Shown in pieces: positions 1 through 15,375 of a stretch of 64,000 nt of DNA. The notes beneath the pieces were generated by a model. The model saw only the letters and a list, made by a program, of their open reading frames with translations. It searched no databases and had not been told where the DNA came from. The stretch is taken from NCBI GenBank assembly GCA_964016885.1, contig OZ024741.1, positions 99,882,001 to 99,946,000 on the forward strand. Direction: 5' to 3'. Position 1 is the stretch's first letter. Each line of letters starts with the position of its first letter. This DNA comes from Eledone cirrhosa (lineage: Eukaryota). Made by a program: the position numbers and the translations under genes.

Positions 1-2198
<2,198 letters not shown>

Positions 2199-2333
2199 TT
2201 GTTAAACAATATTCAATGATTATGTCAAAGAATGAGTTTTACAGTAGATTGGAAGCACTCAACGGTACAATAATTTTCTGGAGTTATTAATATCAAAATA
2301 TAAGTATTAATAAAAGAGATGTTATTTTTATCA

Positions 2334-2396
2334 ATTACATTTTATTACACATAATTCGGATGTACAACAGTACATCCTCATCAGACAAAATATAAT
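2334..2396 (-). ncRNA. Minimal type I hammerhead ribozyme motif (A15.1 mutated)
   Basis: AUUAUAUUUUGU-CUGAUGA-GGAUGUAC(UGUU)GUACAUCC-GAAU-UAUGUG-UA-AUAAAAUGUAAU. Confidence 0.8.
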
Positions 2397-4071
2397 GATA
2401 CATGACATACCTTGAGATGTTAAATGGTTAAGATTTAATCAAGGTAGTGATTAATCCGATAGAAAATTTTACTTATATCCTATCTATGTGAAAGTGCGAA
2501 AAGGTAATACATTCATTAGAGAATGTGTGAGTAAAAAAACGTTGCATACTGTAAGTGTTCTAAAATTTTAAAGTGTATGATACTACAATATATCTAGGAA
2601 AACGTCTCATGAATCATAACAGCCAGTGATAGCCACTGGAAAAAGATTTATAAGGAGGGAAAATAAAGTGTGTGTGTGTGTGTGTGGGGGGGGTCAACAG
2701 TTAAACGGTTAGATTTGAAAATATTTAATTTATAATATTAGGTGAAGACTCCAGATTTCAGGATTATTTGCTAGTTATTTATATATTATTTATATGAATT
2801 CGATAAGTGTGTTATCGTTTCTAAACTTCTGAATTGTGAGAATAACATTTAAAGGATTAAGCTGGCACATAAAGAATGAAATATTATAGTGTTGATCATT
2901 TACCCAAATATAAACTTTAACAAATATACCAACATATTAGGTATGTAAAGCTTTTGAAGTACTTATTGTTATACATATTTAAATAACTATTATGTATATA
3001 GGTATATATTAATGAGCCAGTATGTTTAAGGTAAATAATACCGACGAAGATAAAAATAAAATAATATGTTAAGGATAAATATATACATATGTATAACTGG
3101 GTGTAAATGTACTAATTATTCCTCAACCAAGATATCGACATATTATTAGATATAGTGATGTATATATATAGATATATATTAGGTATTATTAGTGTAGTAT
3201 ACTTTAGGTAAATGATAACAGTTATACTCTTATCAACGTGTTACATTTAAATATATATATACATATAAGAAAAACAAACAATGAGTGCATGTATAATATA
3301 GAGTTCAAAATAATGTCTATAATATTTTTTAGTTTGGATAGTTTCTCTATATTTGAATCATATATATAGAAATGTGGTAGGTATATTTAAAAATATTTAA
3401 AATATATAAAATACAATATATAACTACATATATATTATAATACATTATATTATAAATAAATAAATAAGAGATCGAAAGTACAGCGAAAAATTCACATTTA
3501 TATATAAGTTTGAATCCGTCTCAAAATTTAGATTTTATAGTGCAGTAAGTATATTTAAAAGAAATATATGCTATATTATACTATAAATAATAGATCAAAA
3601 ACTCATTAAACTTTGGAGTTATAGATAAGTTTCATAAAAACTTTTGGATTGGGTATTAAACTAAAATTTAAAAAAGATCACAAATGTATTAAAATTTCAC
3701 AGTTAAATAAATTCCATAAATATGTAAGGATTAGGTATTGTACTAAATTATAGATAGAAATAATGAGTTAAAGAAATGATGGTGTTGATCAAAGTTAACA
3801 AATAATGTTGTGAGTATCAATGTTTAGGCATGTTAATTGAAATATTGTCATTCATTCTAACGTTGTTTTTTCTATAGATAGTTATAAAATAAAGCAATGT
3901 TAAAGGCCATTGATGTTTTTTTACTGTTGATTATATATTCCTGGTAACCCAGTTGTTATTGCTTCTTTCTTTCTCGTTTATGTGAGGCTAAAAAAGTGGA
4001 CGTAGCTTTGTGGGGGCAATTAGAGAATAGTTCACTTTTTTTGTTAATTAGGGTCTCATAATTATTAATAA

Positions 4072-4398
4072 TCAACAGGGTCTTAAAGACCATATGAGCT
4101 GTGATAAAGACGTGGATGATTTCTTCTTAGAGTTCGAGAATGAGCATTTATGGTTCGCGAAACGAAGTTTGAATGTGGACGCGGTTGATCCAATGTAATT
4201 GTATGTTTTATGGTCAGTTTGTTCGGTGCATTTATAAACCAAATTACTATCTAAACAATTATTTTGGAAAGGGCAATTATTTTTATTTCTACAATTACAT
4301 TTTGGTTTAGTATCATTAATGTTAACTCTATTATTATGATCATTATGTTGGTTTTGTTTCAGGATTTTGGCGTTTAATTTGGCGATGTTTTGGGCCAT
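4072..4398 (-). pseudogene. PLE zinc-finger linker + GIY-YIG endonuclease fragment
   Basis: ORF track: CNCRNKNNCPFQNNCLDSNLVYKC...YIGSTASTFKLRFANH; deletion/frameshift afterwards. Confidence 0.9.
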
Positions 4399-4653
4399 GT
4401 TACTGGTTGTAGAATTTGCGAATTTAATGGTCTATTAAAAATGGAATGGTATTTATGTTGAGTAGGGAAAGAGGTGTCAAGAGCTTTAAAGAATAGTTTT
4501 GCAATTGATGTTTTAACTGCGACCGAAGCAGGGGGTGCGAACCATATGACTGGTTTGGATCTAGTTCGTATTCTCGATTTATTTAGCGTATGTGTGTTTG
4601 AGTTATAATTATTAGAGTTACTCTTATATATGTTATTATTATTTCTATTATTA

Positions 4654-4747
4654 AAGGTTAACTTTGCCTTTCATCCTTCCGGGTCGATAGAATAAAGTAC
4701 CAGTAATGCATTGGGTAATTGCTGGCGTTGTGCCAAAAGAAGAAACA
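4654..4747 (+). mobile_element. 5'-truncated SINE inserted in the PLE ORF, with a 19-bp target-site duplication
   Basis: Matches the SINE 3' half; ATTATTATTTCTATTATTA at 4635-4653 and 4748-4766. Confidence 0.85.
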
Positions 4748-4981
4748 ATTATTATTTCTATTATTATCATTAGGAATAATACTTAGATTGTTATTATCTA
4801 CATATTCTATATTATTCATATATCCTGTTCTTTTTAACACGTTGTTGTAGTATTCACCATTTTTATCAAATATATCTTTATTAGCTGATATTTTATTAAT
4901 ACGTTTTTGCACACTATTTGTACATCCGAAATATGTATAATAAAATGTAATTGATAAAAAGAACATCTATTTTATTAATAC

Positions 4982-5035
<54 letters not shown>

Positions 5036-5108
5036 CACCCTTAACTCGCAGTTGGGTGCGGATGCATTCATGTATATATGTGTGTGTCCGCATGTATCTG
5101 TGTGTTTC

Positions 5109-5212
<104 letters not shown>

Positions 5213-5334
5213 AGTATATATATATATATGTTGTTGCAAAGACGTAGACAAACGTGGTGTGTCAGGGAGAAAAAGGAAAAGCCCGCCCGCCATAACAGCC
5301 CCCCTCCCCCAATAAAATCCAAACATATAACTAC

Positions 5335-5900
5335 AAATATTCCCCTTCGATATAATCCCTCTCGACTCTGACGCACATTCCCTTCTTTCTCCACACCGCT
5401 TCCATTCACTCCTGGGGGATTCCCCTCGGATTTTTCGCAGTTCGGTCATTACAGTCTTCTTGATGGCTTCCACGACCGGAAAACGGGTCACCATGTCTCA
5501 TCACCGCTGATGACTCTGACAAGCAAGTCTGGTTCATCATTCAGCAGCTTCAGGATCATCTTCGCGCAAATATGTCGCATGCTTCTGTAATAATCCTACC
5601 AAGCGCTGATGCGTTTCTTTCCCGGCTCACTTTTTTTGTGTCAAAAAGCCAGTCAATGATCGCCACCTACCATGGGCATCCCGGACTCAACATTGGTCTC
5701 AATCCTGCTTATTGAAGGACGTCCACTCATGGGGTCGACTTCCACGAACGCACGCCCCTATTTGAGCATTTTGAGACACAACACAAGGAAATCATGAATC
5801 TGACATCACCCCTTCCCTGTACGCTTGTTGCAGTATTCGGAATGCTTTTGTCGGAGTTTTCCTCATCCGAGCTACAAACTACAGGCTAAATTGACTAGCT
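5335..5900 (-). pseudogene. Internally deleted mariner (DD34D-type) transposase remnant
   Basis: Manual translation: RKTPTKAFRILQQAY, MRHICAKMILKLLNDE, VISGDETW, RFPVVEAIKKTVMTEL..CVRVERDYIEG. Confidence 0.8.
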
Positions 5901-6380
5901 GTTCACAAAAGCACGTGAAAAACAAAATGGCTTCAGAGAGCTGAGATCGCAGTTATATATTTCCCTGATATTACATCACACGGAGCAACCCACTAGCCCA
6001 TACGTCACTCATGTTTCACAAAGTCCTTTTACAAAAACACACTAAAAATCACAATTACATACATAAGTAACCGTACTCACACACAGATGCACTCAGCCCC
6101 CCACCCCCTATATAATCACATATATATATTATTATATATATATATATATTTAAGGGCTATAAGTTACTGTGTTGTCTCGTCTCTTACTCAACTAGACAGC
6201 AGCAAGTCTCGTGACAAGCGCGAGGTTCGCGTTCGTGCATGCGCGTATATATATATATGCTTTTATATATATATATATATATATATGGCTATGTGTATGT
6301 GTATTCACACAATAAAAATCTAACTGCATGTAAACGAAACCTCGTGTTTGTTCATGAATATATATATATATATATATATA

Positions 6381-6978
6381 TATAATAAAATATGGAGAAA
6401 AATACTGCAGGTAGCGCATGGATAACATGTAATAAAATGAGTCCCTCATCAGTGATTTGCCGACGATCATAGAAATTTCATTGCATTAAAAATCATATAC
6501 CTCACGTCGGTGCAATATAACTAAAATAAGTTATTAGGACAATTAAAACGCGTAAAGCGAGTGAGACAGGAGAACAACAAAGAGTATAGCTAACCGTAGG
6601 GGAATGAAACCAGCTTCATAATTTTTCTGTTTAGCATAAGCTAGGTGAATATATGAGCGCTTTAGAAAAAAGACCTTACACGAACGAGGGCCATGTGAGA
6701 AGAGAGAAAAAATATAGCTTTCGTCGTGGACAGGATGAAGTGAAGAGAGGAGAAACAGTGAGTGAGTGAAAGTGTGAGGAAGAGTTAACTGACATGACAG
6801 AGGGGGCGAAAGAAAGTAGGAGAAACAGAGAGAATGGGGGAACAGTAAGAGAGAGAGAGAAAAACACAGAATCGCAGTTTGGGTAAATATATGTAATAAA
6901 ATATGGAGAAAAATACTGCAGGTAGCGCATGGATAACATGTAATAAAATGAGTCCCTCATCAGTGATTTGCCGACGAT
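6381..6978 (-). mobile_element. Non-coding partial-tandem element (family P, ~513-bp unit + ~85-bp repeat) between TA tracts
   Basis: 6381-6467 repeated at 6893-6978; homologous to 11507-12597 and 57542-58345. Confidence 0.85.
6441..6540 (-). ncRNA. Candidate permuted/pseudoknotted hammerhead-like RNA (family P copy A)
   Basis: GUCC-[AUAACU/AGUUAU hairpin]-AUUGCA-CCGACG-uga-GGUAUA-UGAUUU-uuaa-UGCAAU-GAA-AUUUCU-augau-CGUCGG-c-AAAUCA-CUGAUGA-G-GGAC. Confidence 0.6.
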
Positions 6979-6985
6979 ATATATA

Positions 6986-7163
6986 TAACGAAGGAAATGT
7001 GGTAAGTAACCAGGTGGACCATAACGCACCAAAGTACTCAATACTTAGGGTAGTAGAGTGGGTAATAGGAACGAGTAGGACTCCGACGGCTGAGCTCAAG
7101 CCGTTTCGACGGCTAATTCTGGACTAAAATGGTTCAGAATTAGCCGTCGGCGTCCTGCTCGTT

Positions 7164-7166
<3 letters not shown>
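6986..7166. mobile_element. Short fold-back TA-inserted element (other copies 33430-33630, 47793-47955)
   Basis: Shared head TAACGAAGGA..GTACTCAATACTTAGGG; terminal inverted repeat ATAGGAACGAG..CCGACGGCT / AGCCGTCGG..CTCGTTCCTAT. Confidence 0.75.
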
Positions 7167-8022
<856 letters not shown>

Positions 8023-8579
8023 ATTGTTACAATCGCTTTCCTCTAGCCATGGGGCTTGGAGACATGAACCGAATGCTACCATTCTATTTTATATCAATGT
8101 GAACTGCTATTTCTAATACACATCTTTTCACCCCTGACAATTTGTGTGTGCCCACGTAAAATTTATAGATCAGTGGCTAGTTGAGAGATAGAGTCCTATC
8201 GGTTGCCAGTTAATCGCTTTACCGGATCGGTTGTCACAAACAGTCATGACCGGTGCGGGCCGGTGTTTGGATTATGTCGATCGATTGGTTATTGATTAGG
8301 CGATACCCGTTGATGAAGCCGCATAAGCCGATTGTGCATTGTTGCATAATATATGCAGACAGATGGTGCAGTGCCCCCTACTGCTGCAATAATACTGCAG
8401 AAACTCGAGTCCGGGAACCTTATAGGCACCCGTTTTACGTGTGTTGTGTTGAGGCAAATAACTATGTGTATACTCTGGTAATGTATCTTACATTACCCAT
8501 TGAGTGCGCTGAGATACAACCGGGACTGGCATTGATAAATATGGTGGGTCCGTCAACCCTTATTATATATATATATATA

Positions 8580-8746
8580 TATAATCCATGTGAATTTAAA
8601 ATGTCTTGGGATAATTTCACGAACAGGACAGTTGGAGGGCGTCTCTGATGAATCAGACACCACGATTGCCCCTGGTAGAAGAAGAAGAAGAAGAAGAAGA
8701 AGAAGAAGAAGAAGAAGAAGAAGAAGAAGAAGAAGAAGAAGAAGAA

Positions 8747-8782
<36 letters not shown>
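8580..8782 (+). repeat. (GAA)n(GAT)n tract, possibly the tail of a short RTE-type LINE 3' fragment
   Basis: Trinucleotide repeats visible; LINE origin is inferred. Confidence 0.6.
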
Positions 8783-8783
<1 letters not shown>

Positions 8784-9330
8784 TTTGCGTATGTATGTAT
8801 ATGTATATATTTATATATATATATGAGTGTGTCCGCGTATTTCTTTTCAGATTAGGAAGGACACAGATGAGTAGAGAACAGCTGCAAAGATGTATGACTC
8901 AAAATGACGCCCCTTAAAATATTTGTTCATATTACGATCAACAACAATACTAACAACGCATTGGTAAATCAACTTACGAAGTAAAACAGATCCATGCGCA
9001 TACACACACTCGAAGATATATGAATATGAACATACACATACTTTCATCAGTTCAGGCACATGTTCATATTTTGAATGGGCATATCTGAGAATGTATATGT
9101 AGTTGTTGTTCTCACTCTCTCTCTCTCTCTCTCCCCTCTCTCTCCCCCTCTCTCTCCCCCTCTCTGACTTTCCTATTGCGTGTCTCTCCCCTCTAGTTTT
9201 GTGCTTGAGTGCTTTATGTTGTAGAATTGATATATAATCAGGTGATCTCTTTTCTGTCGCGCCTCTAATTTACGAGGGCACATAAACAGTGATATACACG
9301 TAAACAGGTATATACACAGACACACACATG

Positions 9331-9361
<31 letters not shown>

Positions 9362-9375
9362 ACACACACACACAT

Positions 9376-9437
<62 letters not shown>

Positions 9438-11429
9438 GTATATGTGTGTGTTTTTATGCAAAACACACACACACATACAGACCGAGGTGTTCATCATCAT
9501 GAATACGTATCAAAAGGAGAAAGGGTTAGAAAGGAGTACGATTAGAATTATTGCAGGTATATTTTTTATGCAGTTCGGCGCAAGATTTTGAATTTCTGGA
9601 CCTCGGAACGTTTGACAGCTACATTGTGACAATGCCCTTGTTTATTCCTCACAGCTGTTCCAATGTTCCTTAAAGAAATATATTTCGCTTATTCTCCTGG
9701 CTTTATACATGTTACGCATATCTCCTCTCTTCTGGTTGATCTTCGGATATCTGCACTGTTTCAGCAATTGAGATTCATTGATTAGCCAATAACATTTCAT
9801 GATTTTTATAAGCAATTTCAAAAGCTGAAACCGTTGATGGCCTCTAATATTGAGCTGTATTGTCGTTCTCCAAAAGCTCATGCTGAAAATATGCACTACC
9901 ATTTCCCCGGTTGAGCATTTTACGTGTAATACACAGGAAAATCATAGATCTCCTCTGAATATTTCGCCTATGAACACTGGAACAACATTACAAGTCTACC
10001 ATTTAAATTTATGTTGAAGTTTGTTTAAAGCTCTGAGTAGAATTACTGCATATTGTCACATTGCTCTCTAAAAGAAAGCCATTTCAAGATACAGTGAAAA
10101 AAACAGAATTAAATTTATGGAAAAGTTTTAAGCTGAGAACCTTTCATCACCACCTCATAACTAACTACCATTACGACAAAGAGAAAAAATATATACTATG
10201 TTGTCCTGCTAGATTTAAGAAAACTTAGTTGATAATTTATCGAAGGTCAGTCGAAGTGTAAATAATATGATCATTTCTGCTGGACAGCTATTATGGTTCT
10301 ACAAGTGTTTTTCTCGCATGCATATACTAGCCTATACACGAGAACACGTGCGTCATGCTTTCTATACATAAATCCTCGAGGGAGTGAGATATGCCAAACA
10401 GAATATGGGCATGTAAATAGGAAAAAGAGTGAACGAGATAAATGAGTGGGGCGAGAAAGAGATGGAGGGAGGGGGGAGAAAGAGAGAGAGAGAAAAAATG
10501 AAGGAGAAAAACAAAGTGAATAATATATACCCATATAGAAATGTTCTCAATAAAAACTATATTTAATAAAACGAAAGATAACTGTTTCTCACCTGCCGCC
10601 GGCTTCCAACAAGTACATACATTAAAAGAAGAAGTCATGCAGATCAACTGATAACTCAACAAAGAAAACAAACTTCGGTTTTATCTCCTCAAACAAGTCC
10701 TAATTTTAAATCACATTTCCCATATTTTAGATAAAAGATATCTGGAATATTGTTTTAAAGTCATTATCGCAGCATCAGCAACTGCTATAAAACGCAGCTA
10801 AAATGTAAAATATGATTTTGGTCCTTGGAGAGAACATTTACAGCCGCTGTTATATTTTTAATTAAGAATTTTGACAGGTGTGTATATAAGACGTATAAGC
10901 GCGAATCTAATGCTATATAAAGATGTAGGATTGCTTCTTCTACACACTTACACGTAATGTACACACACATACAAACACACACACTCACATACACACACAA
11001 AAACACACGCCCACAGACACCTACACCCAATATGAATATGTATTGATAAAGAAATCGGTTGAATGGAATGGAATATATATCTTCTGGAATTCTTATATAC
11101 CCTATTTGTTTATTTATTTCTCGAACTACGTGTTCCCCAAAGTCCTTTGAAAGGAATTCTATATACCATCAACATTGTTGATATAAATAAATCAGTTATA
11201 TTTCCTTGAAACCAATGTTGAATGCTGAGCAACAATAAGGAATATTTATGTATATGATCGAGATTTATATTTATTCTTTTTTTGCCAGTAGCAATGATAA
11301 GTGTGAAATATTATGCTTTAATATATACATGGAAACATAATTCCAGAGCTATATAAACACACTGAAACCGAAACATATATACAAGTATAGAAACACACAT
11401 ACATACATATTTAAATACATGGATATATA

Positions 11430-11512
<83 letters not shown>

Positions 11513-11566
11513 ATATGGGTGAGTAGAATACTGCTGGTTGCACATGGATAACATGTTATAAAATGA

Positions 11567-11668
11567 GTCCCTCATCAGTGATTTACCAAACGATCATGGG
11601 TATTTCATCGCATTAAAAATCATATACCTCACGTTGGAGCGATAATAACTAAAATAAGTTATTAGGAC
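11567..11668 (-). ncRNA. Candidate permuted hammerhead-like RNA (family P copy A2-1)
   Basis: GUCC-UAAUAACU(uauuuu)AGUUAUUA-UCGC-u-CCAACG-uga-GGUAUA^UGAUUU-uuaau-GCGAU-GAA-AUACC-caugau-CGUUUGG-u-AAAUCA-CUGAUGA-G-GGAC. Confidence 0.65.
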
Positions 11669-12098
11669 AAAAGAAACGCGTAAAGCGAGTGAGACAAGTA
11701 AACAACACAGGGGGAAGCTAACCGAAGATGGAAATAAACATAAGCAACATAGTTATTCTTTCAGCATAAGCTGTGTGAATATATGAGCGAGTCAAGAAAA
11801 CAGACCTTTCGCTAGTGAATCCGGTGTTAGAAAGAATGAAAACCGTTTTCCCAGCGAACGGGAGGAAGAAAGAAGGGAGAAACAGGGACTGAGTGAGTGG
11901 GAGTGCGAGGAAGAGGTCAGTAGAGAGAAAGAGTTAACTGACGTGGCAGAGGGGACGAAAGAAAGTAAGAGAGTAAGAGAGAACGAGGGAGCAGTAAGAG
12001 TGTAAGAGAGAAACACAGAATTGCAGTTGGGTAAATATATGAAAATATGGGTGAGTAGAATACTGCTGGTTGCACATGGATAACATGTTATAAAATGA

Positions 12099-12200
12099 GT
12101 CCCTCATCAGTGATTTACCAAACGATCATGGGTATTTCATCGCATTAAAAATCATATACCTCACGTTGGAGCGATAATAACTAAAATAAGTTATTAGGAC
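12099..12200 (-). ncRNA. Candidate permuted hammerhead-like RNA (family P copy A2-2)
   Basis: Identical to 11567-11668, one unit (532 bp) away. Confidence 0.65.
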
Positions 12201-12819
12201 AAAAGAAACGCGTAAAGCGAGTGAGACAAGTAAACAACACAGGGGGAAGCTAACCGAAGATGGAAATAAACACAAGCAACATAGTTATTCTTTCAGCATA
12301 AGCTGTGTGAATATATGAGCGAGTCAAGAAAACAGACCTTTCGCTAGTGAATCCGGTGTTAGAAAGAATGAAAACCGTTTTCCCAGCGAACGGGAGGAAG
12401 AAAGAAGGGAGAAACAGGGACTGAGTGAGTGGGAGTGCGAGGAAGAGGTCAGTAGAGAGAAAGAGTTAACTGACGTGGCAGAGGGGACGAAAGAAAGTAA
12501 GAGAGTAAGAGAGAACGAGGGAGCAGTAAGAGTGTAAGAGAGAAACACAGAATTGCAGTTTGGGTAAATATATGAAAATATGGGTGAGTAGAATACTATA
12601 TATATATATATATTATATATATATGTTTCTATGTACATAAATATACGCATAAGCACATACAAACACACGCCAACATCACGCACACACACACACATACACA
12701 TATATATGCATATATGTATATATGTTTGTATATATGCATACATAAATATGTGTGTATATGTATATATATAAGTGCATATATATATATATATGTGTGTGTG
12801 TAGATAAATTTGATGATCT

Positions 12820-13400
12820 CATAAAATAACATGAGACATGTCCCATCACGCAAATCCTTTACCTTGCCCTAAGCTATACACAGATGTTGTAGACAGCGTA
12901 ATCAAATTCAATATATTACGTACTGTTGAAATATTTTCTGGACAGTAAATACTGACGAAACTATCTCGTTCAGCAAAATGTAAAGTTAATTGGTCATTCA
13001 GCATTACCTTCATAGTCATATTAACCCGCAGAAATGATAACCTTACCATAATTTCAAGGTCTTTCCTGTTTTTGTCATGCGGATATAAGTAATGTAATCC
13101 TCAAATGTCTAATATAGGGGTCTCCGTAACTGAGAATCAAAGAATATTCAAGAATATTACATGCATTCAGGTTATCTTGATTAAAACATCTGTCAAATGT
13201 TCAGGTACCACCACACACTGAGACAAGAATGTTCGTTTGATTAAAACCGGAATTACGTGGCAGAAGCTCTTACATTCGATGCTGGCATGACAAAATAGTT
13301 GTAGAAATTGGTATACATATCAAACACTATATTGATTTCTTCCGATAGGATATGATCAAATACTACAGAGATCACCATTCCCATTCATCCAGTAAATTTA
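12820..13400 (-). pseudogene. Highly decayed non-LTR reverse transcriptase remnant (RTE-like)
   Basis: Weak traces of the QCGFR, AFDSV and GVKQGCV motifs in the expected order. Confidence 0.35.
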
Positions 13401-15283
13401 AAATAATTGCAAATTAATTTTTAGCAATATCTCAGCTATATGACTAGATTAATAATCATGCCCCTCTATGATCAAGCAGACATTTGATTAAGTTTATATT
13501 TAACCATGCATATGTGTTATGAAATGTTTCCCAACCATAACCCTATAGTAATTTCCCCAGGCAGTTTTTGCTTGTGTACATAATTTTATTATACTGTGTA
13601 ATCTTCCTTGATTGTATGATGCGACTTGGAGGCAATATGACTAATCAAACAGAAGATCGCGTGTTAAATATAATATTAACAGCCTTTGTATTTCTTACCT
13701 CGTATATATTTTAGAAATATTTGGTCTACAGGCTATATTTGAAAGCCAGTATCAGAATGAACGCTAAATATGTGATATACCGTACAGAAAATATAACTAA
13801 AGCTTCCGAAATTTGTCTCAGATAAATACATACATATTTGCTTCACTTTTCCTGAACAAGAGAGTCGCAACAATAATATACGAAAAATCCCATTCCGATT
13901 GTAACAAAATACTTAGAGAAATTATAACAATAAAGAAATAACAACACGAATGAGGAAGGTTGGGGGCTGAATCCGAATTGTAAGGCCCACTAGAAACACA
14001 GAAAAAAATGTTTCGCTCTGCCCAAGCAATTTGCTTGAAAATTCAGTTCATTTTTCTCCCCACGGCATACGGAGTCATCCAAATTTTTGAACTTCAAGAA
14101 TGATAAGAGTTACTATGGTGATATTGAAATTCCGTGTTGTGGGAGCGATGGCAATGGTCAAAGAAATGTGTTTTATATTTATCAATCATCTAAGGAGAAG
14201 AAGGTTATACAGACGTATCTGAGATTAAAAAATATCTATCATTGATGCTGTTTAATCTAAACTAAGGACAGTGCATCCGACGGGAAATTTCGCTATTTGG
14301 TCGGAATGAAAAGTGGGTGCCTGAGCTTCTTTTATGAAGTTAAGTTTGGTGGCCATAAATTCTGATCCACTGAATTGCAAAGCACACACACGCACACACA
14401 CACAACCATATGTATTTATATATAAAGATTCCTTTCCTACTATATCAAGAGTTAAACTCATATATTTCTGTGTTGTTTGCTTTGATTTTTCGTTTACTCT
14501 TTTCATATATATGTATACATATATGCATAGATATATGCATACATATACATGCATACATATATGCATACATATACATGCATACATATATGCATCTCATATA
14601 TATGTATACATATGTGCATACATATATGCATACATATACATGCATACATATATGTATACATATACATGCATACATAGATACATACATTATTTCTTCTAAT
14701 TTTGTAATTTGATATATAGCTTTGATTATCGAGATATTTTAAATATTTTGATTATTTTAGCTCTTTCGATCATCGAACAACACTGGTTAAAGTTGACACC
14801 ACACACACACGCACACATGGGAAAAAAAAAACATATATATGTATATGTGTGTATCTCATTATTATATTGTCTCAAACTCCCCTATGGTCGAGTTAACCCG
14901 AAAGTGTACTAACTGCTATCTCTAGCAAATACGATATTAACATTCTGTCTACCTTACTACCCGCCTGTGACCTCTGTATCATGTATTAATTTCTCCTTCC
15001 ACCTCTTGAGGTATTTTCACTTGCTACAATGGAAACAGTCCTTTTTCTTGAACGATGCATCACGTGTTAATTCCTCCTTGCGCCTATAGACATTTTCTCA
15101 CTTGTTACAAAGGCGTCTGGGGAAGTCCTTTTCTCTGAGGTGTTCCTTGACAAGCTGATAGGCCTCCCAACGATGGTGCATTACTATAATGTACAAATGT
15201 TGCATATTGGTCAGCGAAACTGCGCAGTAGGGACTTTGAAGAAAAAATAGGTATATTTTTGTCTATTATTTCCTCTTATTTTG

Positions 15284-15343
<60 letters not shown>

Positions 15344-15375
15344 CAAAATAAGAGGAAATAATAGACAAAAATATA

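Larger units (their letters stand above)
2195..4930 (-). mobile_element. 5'-truncated Naiad-like Penelope element (RT C-terminus + GIY-YIG + long AT-rich 3' region + HHR)
   Basis: ORF pieces KRINKISANKDIFDKNGEYYNNVLKRTGY, VIWFAPP, CNCRNKNNCP (CxCx5C), LVYKC..YIGSTASTFKLRFANHK and INKKSELFSNCPH. Terminal HHR present; abuts (TA)n. Confidence 0.85.
11507..12597 (-). mobile_element. Family P: two near-identical 532-bp tandem units plus ~25 bp, between TA tracts
   Basis: Unit starts repeat at ~11507, ~12039 and ~12571; no protein-like ORF. Confidence 0.9.

Noticed and set aside
4060-4080. TGA right after ..WSLRPC in the Naiad-like ORF as a possible selenocysteine codon
   Set aside because: It coincides with an internal deletion/frameshift, and homologous sequence continues in another frame. 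The conserved Cys codons visible here are TGT/TGC.
8648-8917. Poly-E/D ORF (and poly-K, poly-S and poly-L ORFs at 44026, 18608, 48657, 48922)
   Set aside because: Trinucleotide repeat translations.
10585-10655. Possible - strand exon (ttatcag|...GCGGCAG|gtgaga)
   Set aside because: Splice-like signals only; no recognisable protein and no supporting exons.
11574-11605. Family P motif as a box C/D snoRNA (GAUGA / CUGA)
   Set aside because: Box order and spacing do not fit, there is no evident guide sequence, and the covarying helices match hammerhead stems I and III instead.
11567-11620. Reading the family P motif as an ordinary type II hammerhead (GAAA..CUGAUGA)
   Set aside because: There is no stem III partner or UH site between GAAA and CUGAUGA, and no direct stem II. 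The partners lie upstream in crossing order.
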